From Massalongia carnosa (taxonomy: Eukaryota), in the NCBI GenBank assembly GCA_965645245.1, contig OZ287085.1, positions 806,001 to 870,000 on the forward strand: a stretch of DNA of 64,000 nucleotides. Reading direction: 5' to 3'. The notes below the pieces were generated by a model. The model saw only the letters and a list, made by a program, of their open reading frames with translations, was not told the DNA's origin and made no database searches. Below, piece after piece: positions 1 to 12,200 of this stretch. Each line of letters opens with the position of its first letter. Position 1 is the first letter of the stretch. The position numbers and the translations under genes were made by a program.

Positions 1-1520
1 AAAAGTGATAAATTTGAAAAATCAAATCATTTCATTAAACCTTGGAAATCGTCTTGCAAAATCGAATTTCAAATCGAAAATACAAAAGAATCTGCAAAAT
101 CGAGTTATTATTCGACCTTATCCAAAATCCAATCAATGAATTCCGATAAATCCCGAGTTTTACTTTGTACGGATGTATCAAAAATCGAATTCGCAACGTC
201 TGCAGTTACATTTGCCCCAAATATGCGGAATTGGAGTATTATTATCAATAATTTTGATCGATTTATCGAAAAAGATTGTCTGATAAAGTATCATACGATT
301 TCGAAAAGCTGGAAATTAAGCACACAGTCAAGCATTAAAAACGCTGAAATGCATGCGATTTTACAAGCAATGAAATGTGTCTATAAACTCTCCAATACCA
401 ATAATCCATCGAATTCAGAAAATACGATTTGGATTTTTTCTGATAGTATAAACGCGATAAACGAAATTCAGAACCTGAAAATTTATATTTTCGCAAAACA
501 AATTCGAAAGATCGCAAAACACTTATTTGAAAGCAATTATCAAGTTATTTTGCAATGGATTCCGAGTTATCCAAAAGTTACCCAAAACGAAATTGCAAAA
601 AAAACAGCAAAGACGGGCCATAATCGAATCCTAGGCGAGTTCTCTGCCGTAACATTTGATTATGTGAAAGATCAAATAAATCAAAATATGCTAACCGCAT
701 GAACTAATCAATGGCAACATTGCAAATCAAAAGGCAAATACTACGAGAAACTCGAAATGAAACCTGGCAAATCGAATTTTTATTATTTATCAAACAACTG
801 TTCAAAATTGATATTTGCTACTATTATGCAAGTAAAATTCGGACATGGCTATTTTCGATCATATTTACATCGATTAAAAGATTATAATTCGTTAAAATGC
901 ACAAATCGATACAATCAACGATAAACGCAAGAGTGCACAGCGAGCAGTCGGGCTTCCGATGGGTAGATCATAGAAAGAATCTACTTGCTGACGTAGTTTT
1001 CATTTGGAGGGCCGCAATTAGTAACAGGATACCCAGGTAGAAGAGCCGAACTTATGACTACGTGTTGATATCGCGATAGAAGCATCTATGTCTATCACGC
1101 TACGTAACGCTCTTCGCATCTCAAGTCGTCAAGTTCGAGGTTGTCCACTTACCAGAACACTTGTTATTGTATTGAATTCACTTTTTCGATGAAATTCAAA
1201 ACATGAAACAAACTGTCGATACTACGATCAACTTGATAAGGTTTTTTAACACAAAAATCGGAAATGATATTTTGATCAAATTCATTATCAATAACAAAAT
1301 CGCTACTAGAAAATTGATACTAGGACAGCTTGATGACGAAATTGTCGAAAATAGAGGTTGGGGAGAGATCGAACAGTAAAATCAGAAATGATTTATGCTG
1401 AAACATTTCCGAACTTACGAAGACAAATTGTAAAATCAATAACTTTTCGATTACTATAGGTTGTTACTAACACGGAAAAAAAACAGGGAAAAATTAACGA
1501 TACATAGATGGGTTATAAAG
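1..1520 (+). mobile_element. Tad1-clade LINE, 3' part of ORF2 (RNase H + C-terminal zinc-finger region), degenerate
   Basis: ORF 136-702 has RNase H-like motifs (AEMHAI, IFSDS, LQWIPS). The frame continues past stops as GHGYFRSYL...*T/PEHLLL...IATRKLILG to about 1378, interrupted by a 224-bp insert at 928-1151. Confidence 0.8.
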
Positions 1521-1523
1521 GGT

Positions 1524-1827
1524 TTATTTATTTGTATTATAAAAACATATCCTAAAATAGTTTAGTGTCATAACCTTAGGTAGAATACACTTAATAAATA
1601 AATTAATAAAAAAACAACGTGTGGTTGATTTATTTGTATTATAAAAACATATCCTAAAATAGTTTAGTGTCATAACCTTAGGTTGAATACACTTAATAAA
1701 TAAATTAATAAAAAAACAACGTGTGGTTGATTTATTTGTATTATAAAAACATATCCTAAAATAGTTTATTGTCATAACCTTAGGCTGAATACACTTAATA
1801 AATAAATTAATAAAAAAACGTGTGATT
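1524..1827 (+). repeat. Three tandem copies of a ~101-bp unit (LINE 3' end plus flank)
   Basis: The unit TTTATTTGTATTATAAAAACATATCC...CCTTAGG.TGAATACACTTAATAAATAAATTAATAAAAAA(C)AACGTGTG occurs three times. Confidence 0.9.
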
Positions 1828-2577
1828 GATGACTATGTCTTTTCTGACTCTGTGTTTCCTCGATTCTATTTAACAGGCCGGGCATATTAAAATAGGATAT
1901 TGTTATTCTACTCCGAGATGGAGTTTTCTTGAGGTGACAGCATTCGCCCCGGGGTCTTCACGCGTTCTGATGATCCCAGCGGATGATTGCATAGCGAGAC
2001 TTGAACTCTCAGGAGCTAGAACGCGTGTCGACTGTGCCCGGGAAGGGGATGATGGGGCTCCGTAGGTCCACATCTTCTTCCAGCTGATGACTGCATGAAG
2101 GGACTTGAACACCTGGAAGCATGGTGCAGGGACGCGTGCATTCTACCCTCCGGCGGTTGGCCTTCGTATCCTCTTCCGTACGTACGTCTGCGACGCGTGT
2201 GAACGCGTTAAATTAGCATTGTTTTGATGCGAAGAGATAGGAGAAATTCTATGTATTTGACGGTCGCCCCACGGTAAGGCCTTTGGCGTCTCCGTGGTGA
2301 GGACCGATGGTGTAGAAAGAGGACGACCGATGGTGTAGAAGAGAAGGACCGATGGTGTAGAATGAGGAGGACCGATGGTGTAGAAAGAGGAGGACCGACA
2401 GTGTAGAAAGAAGAGGACCGACGGTGTAGATAGAGGAGGACCGAAGGTGAAGAAAGAGGAGGACCGACGATGTAGAAAGAGGAGGACCAACGGTGTAGAA
2501 AGAGGAGGACCGACGGTGTAGATAGAGGAGGACCGATGGTGTAGAGAGAGGTGGACCGATAGTAGAGAGGGAGGAGG
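1818..2577. repeat. Unclassified dispersed repeat, homologous to 14622-15155, ending in a 21-bp minisatellite
   Basis: 1818-2330 aligns by eye with 14622-15155. GAGGACCGA(T/C)GGTGTAGAAAG-type units run from about 2297 to 2570. Confidence 0.8.
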
Positions 2578-3655
2578 AGTATCCGCTTCATCGAGGGTTC
2601 GCCGCTCCCGCGGATTGATTCCTGTATCTCGAAAATCTGCGATACCTGTTTTTCAAACTGTAGAGAGACTGCCCGGCTGCTGTTCAAGCAGTTGCGTGGC
2701 AATGGAATACTGTGTTATAATACCTGTGCGCATGAGCCAGGCGGTTACTACTTTGAGAGCTTTGGGTTCGGTGATTAGCTTGCGGTAGTCTGACGAGCCT
2801 GCCCTTCGTAGGATGTGCGTTCTGTATTCGTGCAGTCTGCAGAACATGATTACATGTTTGGCTGTTTGTAAGAGGCTTCCGAAGGGACATGCCGCCGAGT
2901 TAACACCTGGGACCTTGCGCAGATATAGAAAGTTGGCCAATCCGATTTTTTCCGTTCTTATCTGTTTTGCTAGTGAGCTTTGCGCTTTGTCTAGTAACTT
3001 GTGTGCGTTAAGCCTTTTACTGTGTATAGGCGCCTGTTGTGCGATCGTGGGATATAACGTGTGTTTTGCTTGATATGCTTTCCACTTGTTGATCCACTGA
3101 TTCTCAAAGTGCTTCTTTATTATCCCGTCTCGTTGGTTCTGCGTCGTTACTTGCGCTGTGCGTTGTCTCTTCTGTACCTCGTCGATCGTTGTCCAGGGAG
3201 GGGGAGAGGGTTGATCCAGTTTAACTGTTTTCGGTGCGTCTTTCGTCATCTTTGTTACCCATTTTCGTTTACGAGTTCCCGGTGTTTTCTCTGCGACTCG
3301 CGATTGACCTCTTTTGCCTCTGAGTTTCACTTGAATTCTATTGCACGCCTGCTTTATAATTTTTTCCTGTTCGCTGTTCGAGATTCTGGATCTCGTTTTT
3401 GCTTGTAAGCGGTCTAGATGTTGCGTTAAGGGAGGGATGTAGGTTTCTGCCTGTAATACTTCAATTGGGGTAGCCTTGTACGCTCCGGCTATGACTCGTA
3501 AACACTTGTTTTGTATGAATCCGAGTTTGCTTCTTGATTCGACTTTGGCTTTCTTTCTTGCTTCGGCTGGCTTGTGCAATGCTATCGAGCCGTGCGACAT
3601 GGCGGGGCGTATTACTGCTGTGTACACGTGGCGGGCTCGTAGGAGGGTCGCCCCC
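2578..3655 (-). mobile_element. Tad1-clade LINE 3' fragment (ORF2 C-terminus)
   Basis: ORF 2653-3627 reads YTAVIRPAM, QNKCLRVIAGAYKATP, QIRTEKIGL, CPFG..QTAKHVIMFC. 2578-3175 is nearly identical to 18067-18664. Confidence 0.9.
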
Positions 3656-5537
3656 TAATTGTTAGTTTTCACTTGATTAAATAATTTATTTCTTCCGTCT
3701 ATCAGCTGACAGTGCATGATGACGTGTTTAGCCGTCTGCCTTGGCCATCCACATATGCACGCCGGTGAGTTTACATTGGGTACCCTTTGGTAGAAATGAA
3801 AGTTGGCTAGCCCGATTTTCTCCGTGCGAATTTGCGTTGCTAGTGAACTCTCCGCTTTTGCCAAATTGCTGTAAATTTTTAATCTCTTTTTGTCAAGCGA
3901 AGCTTGTTGAGCCTCGGTGGGGAGTGGAATGCGATTTTGATAAGTCGCCCATGTTGACTTCCATATTTTCATATGATGCTCCATGAGCCGCGTATGATGT
4001 GCCCGTTGGGCCGTTCGCGCTTCTCTCAGCTCCTTGAGATATTCTGGACTGGCCTCGTACCACGGGGGCGCGGAAGGCGGTAACCTGACGGCGGCCTCTC
4101 TATTTAAAATTGCCTTTGCCCATGTGTGTTTCAGTTCTCCGGGTGTTGGCGGCGGAGTTTTTATTCGACACGCTCTTTCCCGTAGCTTATTAGCTATTAT
4201 CTTGCATGCGGAGTTAGCGAGTGCTTTTTGCCCCGTGATTCGTAGTCGATATCTGGCTTTAGCCTGTAGTTGATCCAAATACACATCTATTGGGGCTATG
4301 TGTGTTTCTGCCTCCAGCACCGGTATCGGGGTAGCCTTGAACGCTCCGGCGACTGTGCGTAGGCATCTGTTCTGAATGACCGCCAAATTGGACGTTATAG
4401 ATTTATTTCTATTTACGTCTTTCGGGGTGTGCCAGACGATTGAACCATATGTCATGGCCGGCCGCACCACCGCCGTGTATACTTGCCTGGCCCTAGCGAA
4501 CGAAGCTTCCCAGGTAGACGTGGAAATTTTTTCTAAGGCCATGCTCTGCTTGACCATCTTCTCCTGCGTTTTCTGTATGTGAGAACCCCACTTAAGTTTG
4601 GTATCTATTTGAAGACCGAGTATTCTTATATCCGCTTTTGGTTTGATTAGGCTGTTTTCTATATTAATAGTAGCCGTCATATCAAATTTCTTTGGATTTC
4701 TAGATAAATGAATAAGCTCGTACTTAGTCGGAGCAAATAAGGATCCGTGTCGTAGAGCCAATCTTTCACATTCTCTGTTAATTCTTTCTAGCGTTCTGCA
4801 ATTTTCTTGCGTGCTTTTCCCATATGCTAGTACATTGATGTCATCGACGAATCCGAGTCCGCTCGTTTTCGTGCCGGGCCTGTTACATATATCTAGTAAA
4901 TCCGCATTGTAGAACAAATACAGAATGGGAGAGATGGGTGAACCTTGCGGAATTCCGGTTCTCGCATCAAACTCGTCGGTGGTTCGTCGGTTGATCGTAA
5001 GAGTGGTCCTTTTGTTTTTCAAAAAGCATTCTATCCAGTTGGTGACCCACTGTGGAATTTTTCTTCTTCGAAGATTGTGGATCACTCTTTGATGCGAAAC
5101 CGTGTCGTACGCGCCGGCCACGTCTATGCTGAGCAGCGTGGCGACTTTATCATTACCTTGACCCCACACTGTGTGAATCTGTTCGGTTAACAGCTCTAGT
5201 GCTGCCTCGGTAGACCTTTCCCGTCTGGCTCCCATCTGGGTGCCTGGTAGTAACTCGTGCTTTTCGGCCATGTGAGTGATCTTGCTTGCCATGATGGCTT
5301 CCATCACCTTGCCTAGCGTATTCAGCAGTGCTATCGGGCGATAGGCCTTCGGCGTTTCGTAATTGTCTTTGCCCGCCTTTTTCAGCGTTATCGTGTGCGC
5401 TGTTCTGAATGCTCGCGGGTGATATCCCAGATTTACGCACGCCTGAAATAGAGGAGTTAACAACTCGGTCAGCGGCTCAGAGCACGCTTTGAGAACTCTA
5501 TTGGGTATGCCATCCGGTCCAGGAGTCGTGTCGGGCT
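3655..5537 (-). mobile_element. Tad1-clade LINE ORF2 reverse transcriptase, truncated at both ends
   Basis: ORF 3655-5463 has PKAYRPIALLNTLGK, DVAGAYD, GIPQGSPISP, FVDD and a C-terminal CICG..QTAKH..C knuckle. Confidence 0.93.
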
Positions 5538-6063
5538 AAGAATGATAAAATAGAGTTGACATCTCCTTCGTGAAGTCTCTATCCCAGTTTTCGTTCATCT
5601 CACTGGTGCGTTTTACGGCCCAAGATTATTGATGAATTCTACGATTGGGGTGAACGACGTCCCTTTCGCCCAGGTCAAACCCAGTTTACTCCTTAAGCAT
5701 ATATCAAGGGCGAATCTAGCCGTAGCCCATGCGCCGGCGAACCGGCGGGGTCTCGTTTCGAGCGAGATAAACATTCCCTGCTCTATATACACCGACATGC
5801 GCATACTGTCCTCTCGGGCTATGCAGACGGTCTCCGTACGGTGGCCGCCATTGCATACCACGCCTCACGGGTTTTTTACGCCTACTTCGCGTTATTCACA
5901 AAGGTCTCCTGTTTATGAACCGACCATGTCTCGCAGGGATTGTGACCACTATGCTCCTGACCAGGTAGTATAGTATCGATTTTCCGTCCCTACCAACCAA
6001 AACGAGTCGAGGACAACTCGGAGGGGTGCTCGTTTGAAATTCGTCTATTAGCTCAGGGCCTAG

Positions 6064-6548
6064 TGTAATAGGGTAGGCCTAGTATGCGTTCGTTGAACGT
6101 AAGACTGGCCTATGTGGCTATATGGGATACGTACAGCCAAAACAACCACCAAGACAATAAGGTCCCGCCTAACCCAGTTATGCATAGTGTGGGGACTTAA
6201 CTTATTATGGAGGTGTTTTCGTAGTACACGAAGTATCCCCTCGCCTCGCCTCACCTCCCCTAGCTCACCTGCCTAGTCTTATCTACCCGTGTCTTTCGGT
6301 GTCCGAAGTATTTCGGAGTCCGAAAATACCAGGTAGTATGGGCAAGGTATGGAAGAAGAGCTTAGGTTATGGATTGTCCTATCCTATATAGATCAATGAT
6401 CAAGCACTTCAAAAGGGTAGCATTTAGTCTACCCTTTGACCCGACCCTATCTATTTTGTACCTCTATTGTGACCATCACGTTGTGTAGCCCCTGTGGATC
6501 CCATCTTCCAGTAGTGAATGCCTGCTGGGAGAAGGTCTCCCCGTTTCA
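6064..6548 (+). repeat. 5' LTR of the Gypsy element (485 bp)
   Basis: TGTAATA...GTTTCA; differs from the 3' LTR by 6 substitutions and 1 indel (manual count); TATA-like box near 6385. Confidence 0.97.
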
Positions 6549-6907
6549 ATTCTAAATGCTCTATATATCTCCGGATTAGCACGATCCGGTGGTCGCAATA
6601 AGGGTGCTGCTTTTTACCGCTTTCGCCATCCAGCACCATTTGGCCTTTCGTCGTTCAGGCCAAACTTCCTCATCGATTCTTCCATGGCCACCCGCAGCCA
6701 GTCCGCTGCAATTAGGGCCTCAATGGATCCTTCTCTCCTCGGCACCTCCGGTGCTTCAGCTAAATTCAGCCAATGCATCTGGTGCTCCGCCGTCTAGTGG
6801 CCCCCTTCCTGTCGGCCCGCACGGCTCCTCCCGTCCTTCCTCTGGCACGTCAGCTACCACAGTGACTCTGACTGCCGAGCAATGGGCTGCTATCCAGTCT
6901 ACCCTGG

Positions 6908-8234
6908 CACGCGGGTGACAAAATAAATTGCAACGTGTAAGCGAATTTACCCCCCCTTTTTTATTCAAATTTTCATCTCATCATCAACCATCATCTGCAT
7001 AGCTGATAAAATTCATCTAAATTACATGAGATCAATAACCAGTCATCGCCCCCTTTGCATCTTTCACCTCTTTCAATCTTTTGGGCATGGATAACACCCT
7101 TTCATTGATAAATTCCTGACTGACTCGAGCCCATCCCTCCCTAATCAGCTGCTCCAAACTTGCATCGTCCCAATGAGGAAATTTACGAACATGCTGCTTT
7201 GCGGGCTGCGAGCAATTTTCAATAGGAGCTAGATCAGGAGATGAAGAACAATTGAAATAGTGCTCTAAATCGTGATCTAACTTCCACTTTTTGACCGCGT
7301 TTCGTCTCTTGCCCGTGCCATGACCAGAGTCTCCATCTTCTTCAAGTACGAAGTCATCTCCACGCTCCAACCAGGGCTTGACGACGGGATCAAGAATAGC
7401 GTCAATATACACCTGATGAGTCATGTTTCCATTGCTATTGCTGGGCACATCGTAGAAGTAGATATCCGACTTGAAATTGTAACCAACTGCTGCCCAGCAG
7501 TGCTTTCTTTTACGATCTTTCTCAGGTGGTGCATCACGATGCTGAATACAATCCCAACGATATCTTGTTCCGGGCTTACGAATGATTCGTAACTGTCCTT
7601 CAGGCCCGTAGCCAAAATGAATCTCATCGCTGAATCGTACGCGATGCCAGTCTTCTGACCGAGGATATTTATTTAACATAACTGTAGCAAATTCTTCTCT
7701 TCTTTCTTCTGATGCCATTGCCAGCCACCCTTTGACACAGGCTAGACATTTGTGATAATTCAAGGCAGCTGTAAGAGTTCTCTTCATTGTAAGTCCCATC
7801 ACGTCGGCCCCAATCTCCTGTGCTAAAGCATCCCATGTGTAGCGTTTTCCTTCCAATTGTAGATCTTGATCCTGCAGAATGTGATCTGCCTCCTTCAGCT
7901 GATCATCACTAATCTTTCGCTTTCGACCCCGAGTCTCAACGAGAGAAGAATTGTGACGTGTGCGAGAAGAAGCTCCGCTTTTGATGATGTTATAGCCCGC
8001 GCGCTCGGCCACGCCAAATTCCTGAAAAATGGCCCGGGGATCGAATGAAATTGCATGTGAGATGAGAAATTGATAAGCTCCTTGAACTTTGGCCTTTGTG
8101 GGAGTATCATAATGAGGCCTTTTGGGTCGAGACATTGATGATGAGATAAAAAGTTGAAAAAAAGGAGGGTGTTTTGATGGGGCATTCAGGGGTAAATTCG
8201 CTTACACGTTGCAATTTATTTTGTCACCCGCGTG
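6908..8234 (-). mobile_element. Tc1/mariner-superfamily DNA transposon, intact, with 46-bp perfect TIRs
   Basis: TIR CACGCGGGTGACAAAATAAATTGCAACGTGTAAGCGAATTTACCCC at 6908-6953 and inverted at 8189-8234; CCTGG on both sides. Confidence 0.95.
7032..8135 (-). CDS. Tc1-like DDE transposase (DD38E), 367 aa
   Basis: Uninterrupted ORF with FSDE, EEDGDSGHG and SPDLAPIEN; 38 residues between the second D and E. Confidence 0.92.
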   Translation of the reverse strand: MSRPKRPHYDTPTKAKVQGAYQFLISHAISFDPRAIFQEFGVAERAGYNIIKSGASSRTRHNSSLVETRGRKRKISDDQLKEADHILQDQDLQLEGKRYTWDALAQEIGADVMGLTMKRTLTAALNYHKCLACVKGWLAMASEERREEFATVMLNKYPRSEDWHRVRFSDEIHFGYGPEGQLRIIRKPGTRYRWDCIQHRDAPPEKDRKRKHCWAAVGYNFKSDIYFYDVPSNSNGNMTHQVYIDAILDPVVKPWLERGDDFVLEEDGDSGHGTGKRRNAVKKWKLDHDLEHYFNCSSSPDLAPIENCSQPAKQHVRKFPHWDDASLEQLIREGWARVSQEFINERVLSMPKRLKEVKDAKGAMTGY

Positions 8235-9257
8235 CCTGGACCAAATCAACCAGGGCCAGGGCCGAACTCCCTCTCGGTCTGCTCGCCGATCTCGATCGGC
8301 CCCACGATCTCCTCGGGCACCCCAGTCGCCTGAGAGGTCATCCAGGCGGAATAGTCATCATACCCGCCGGGACTCTCGCTCTCGCTCGCCCGGCCATTAC
8401 CATCGCCGCCTGTCACCTTCGCGTGACTACTCAAACCGCCGTTATGACGGCGCTTCTCGTCCCTTACTGAAGCCCAAGGTTCCTGACATATACAAGGGAA
8501 GTAGTCACAAGGAGCTGCATGAGTTCGCTCGTCAGTGTCACGAGTACTTCAAGACTGCACGGGCGCATCCCGATGACTCTTCCTCAGTCTCTTTCGCGGC
8601 TTCCTTTCTTCGCGGAGAGACTGTTGGCCATGTATGGTCAGAATACGTCAAGACATTGCCGCTTGATTACGACCCACCCTGGGCCGAATTCTTAAAGGTC
8701 CTCCGGGATGACCTTGGCAACGAGAAGACCTTCGTGGACAAAACCTGGGGAAAGTTCTTTAGTTTTGTTCAGCGCCCTGGAGACAACGTACGCACGTTTA
8801 GCGTACAGCTTCAACAATTGTGCTCCGTTCTTCAGGAGTATGACCTTCATTTCCCCCGCGAGTCCGACATGATTCGCCGCGCTCGAGATGCTCTGCGTCC
8901 TGAGATTAAATCAGCCCTTTACAACATGGTTGACAATGCGAGCACCTACTCGCAATTCGTCGCTCTCGCAATGCAGGCCGAGGCATCCGTTAATATGCAC
9001 ACCTCGACCAAGAACTCCTCACATCGCGACTCTCGTCGCGATAAGTCAAGGGATGCCTCGCAAACTCGATCGTCGAAGACTCAGGGTAAGAATCACAGAC
9101 GTGGCAAGGGTAACAACAAGCCTACCGAATCTTCCGGCACCTCTGCCAACAAGACGCCTGACACTGGCGCCAACGCAGAGCCTCCTGCCGAAGTCACCTG
9201 CTATAGATGCGGTGAAAAAGGGCATATCTCTACCCACTGCACCAATCCTCCCAAGCC

Positions 9258-12200
9258 AAAAAACTAGCTGTCGCCGGCGTTACTTCCGAACCGGTGACTG
9301 ACCCTAGGGAGGCAATTGCCAAGCATGCGCCCCGTTTGCAAAGAGAACCCTCTACGATAGATGGTTCTCGGTTGACTACCCATGGCATGGTGTTAGCCAA
9401 ATTCTCTCTTGATGACAAGCTTGAACGAACTCGCTGGTTCGAGGAGACTTTTCTAATAGCAAACGTCTCTCATGATGTTGTGTTGGGGATGCCTTTTCTG
9501 AAACTCGGCAACCCGGACGTCCACTTCGCTGAAGGGTCTCTCACTTGGAGAGATTATTCTGTCTCGACTTCTTTGCCGACCGAAAGGCGCATTGAGTTAG
9601 TTGAGCCGGAGACCTTCGCAGAGGATGCTCGGGATGATAAGTCCGCTTGCTTTGTCGTACAAGTAGCCGCCATTCTTGATGCGTTGGACGACGCTAGGCG
9701 CGTGAACCTACAGGCTATTTCGACTACAGAGGAGATCAAGCTCCCTGTGGAATACGCCGATTATGAAGGGGTATTCTCTGCGGAGAAAGCTGACGAGTTG
9801 CCGTCGCTGACCCCGGATGATCACAGAATCGTCCTAGAGGAGGGCAAGTCGCCTCCTCATGGGCCTATCTATAGCCTCGGTCCCACGGAGTTAGAAGCTC
9901 TAAGGGGTTATATCGAAGTCAACCTCAATAACGGGTTCATCAGACCGTCGACTTCCTGCGGGGGCGCCTATCCTCTTTATTAGGAAGCCCAGCGGAGGAT
10001 TGCGGCTATGCGTCTACTACAGGGGTCTCAACAATATAACGATTAAAAACCGTTACCCCCTGCCGTTAGTAGGCGAGGCCCTAGATAGGCTCGGCCGAGC
10101 GAAGGAGTATACCCAGCTTGATCTCATCCATGCGTACCATAGGGTGCGAATAGCAAAGGGAGACGAGTGGAAGACTGCCTTTCGAACTCGCTATGGCCAT
10201 TCCGAATATCAGGTTATGCCCATTGGGCTTTCCAATGCACCAGCGACGTTTCAAGCTTTGATTAACAAGGTACTCGCTGAAAAACTTGATGTTTTTTGCA
10301 TTGTCTACTTAGACGATATTCTCATTTACACTGAAGAGACTGGTTCAGCGCACACTGATGCGGTTAAGTGGGTGTTTGAACAGTTACGAAAGCACGGCCT
10401 GTATGCCAATTTGCAGAAGTGCCGTTTCAGTCAGAAAGAGGTTCGCTTTCTTGGGTATATTATTTCACCTGAAGGTATTCGGATGGAGAATGATAGGATA
10501 GAGAGCGTGCGCAGCTGGCCTAGACCCCAGTGCGTTCGCGATATTCAAGTCTTTATAGGCTTTGCCAATTTTTACCGCCGGTTCATCAAAGGGTTCAGTA
10601 AGATCGCTAGGCCTTTGACCGCGATGCTGAAGACGACGGGCCCTAAGATGCCGAAATCGGACCCGTTTCTGACTGCTGAGGCGTTAGTAGCGTTCGATCA
10701 ACTGAAGGGGGCCTTTGTCACGGCCCCAGTCCTCAGGCATTTCGATGCGGAGTGACATATACGCGTGGAGACTGATGCATCTGGGTATGCCATCGGTGGG
10801 ATACTATCACAAAAGGACGATGAGAGTCATTGGCATCCAGTAGCCTACTTTTCTAGGAAGATGATTCCCGCGGAGCGTGATTATGAAACGCATGACGCGG
10901 AGTCGCTGGTCATTGTCGAGGCTTTTAGGCATTGAAGGCATTATCTCGAAGGCAGCACTCATGAAATCCTAGTTCTCACCGACCACAACAACCTAAAACG
11001 GTTCATGGATACCAAACGACTCGGCGGACGCCAGATCCGTTGGGCGCAGGAGCTCTCCCGGTATAACTTTCGGATTGACTATCGTCAGGGTTCTCACAAC
11101 CCCGCAGACGCCTTATCTCGCCCCGCCCAGGCTGAGGCGGATGACGATGAGTTAATAGTTGAGAATAAACAGATATTGCACCGCTTGAAGGATTCTTTGC
11201 TGTTGAACGAGCCCGTGACCATTCGGGCCTGCAAGGCATTAAGCCAACCTAAGAAGCCCCGCGAGCGTGACTACTCGCAGGGGTATAGGAAAATGATGTT
11301 AGAGGTGATTATCTGTGGGACTGCGGTGGTCCCGGACCTCGTCAAGTCATGGGCTGTTATAAGGGCAGTCGTGGCTGAAGAGGGTCCCTACACTGCAATC
11401 GGTTCATTACTTCCACGTCTTCCTGAGTTGCTTGCGGAAGACAAGGGCTCCCAGGCTGTACGAAAGAGGCTAGCTACCTCCGAAGTTAATGCGTTTTCTG
11501 GTGTTTCGGGCGAGCCCTGGAAGGAGTCCGGGGATGTCTTATATTATGAAGGCAAGCCTTATATCCCCGAGACGTTACGAACTGAGATAATGGCGCGCCA
11601 TCATGATGACCCCTTGGCGGGGCCTTTAGGCATTGAAAAGACCCAGGAGTTGCTGACTCGGAAATACCACTGGGACACTATCAAGGTGGACGTTGAAAAG
11701 TACGTGGATGCGTGTGACGTATGCATGAGGTCGAAGTCGCAGAGGCATAAGCCGTATGGGAGTCTCCAGTCCCTGCCGATTCCCTCGCATAAGTGGAAAG
11801 ACATTACGATGGACTTCGTTACAGGGCTCCCGCGCAGTTGCGACTGGCGTGGAGTAGGATATGACTCCATCCTCGTCATTGTTGACTGCCTGGCGAAGAT
11901 GGTCCATTACGAAGCAGTGATGAAAACGCTGACGGCTGAAGGCCTCGCGGAAGTAATTATTGATTCGGTCGTGAGATACCATGGGCTCCCTGACTCTATA
12001 GTTATAGACCGTGGCTCCCTGTTCACATCGCAGTTCTAGCCCTCGCTGTGCTATTTTGTTAGCATTAAGAGGAGTCTCAGCACGGCTTTTCACCCACAAA
12101 TTGACGGCCATACAGAGCGTCAGAATAGCACGTTGGAGGCGTACCTCCGGTCCTTTGTCTCATTCGAGCAGGACAACTGGGTGCAGTATCTGCCCATGGC

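Larger units (their letters stand above)
6684..9267 (+). pseudogene. gag: Gypsy gag, frameshifted near 6765 and interrupted by the Tc1-like element
   Basis: Removing 6908-8239 restores ...IQSTLDQINQ.... Capsid-like region (SFAASFLRG) and a CCHC knuckle CYRCGEKGHISTHC. Confidence 0.88.

Noticed and set aside
928..1152. Minus-strand GTAAGT donor suggesting an intron
   Set aside because: It is antisense to the LINE and there is no AG acceptor at the other boundary.
2143..2702. Repetitive ORFs (TPSVLL, HRRSSS)
   Set aside because: They are translations of the 21-bp minisatellite, which is open in several frames.
5613..5973. ORFs between the LINE and the Gypsy LTR
   Set aside because: No recognisable motif on either strand.
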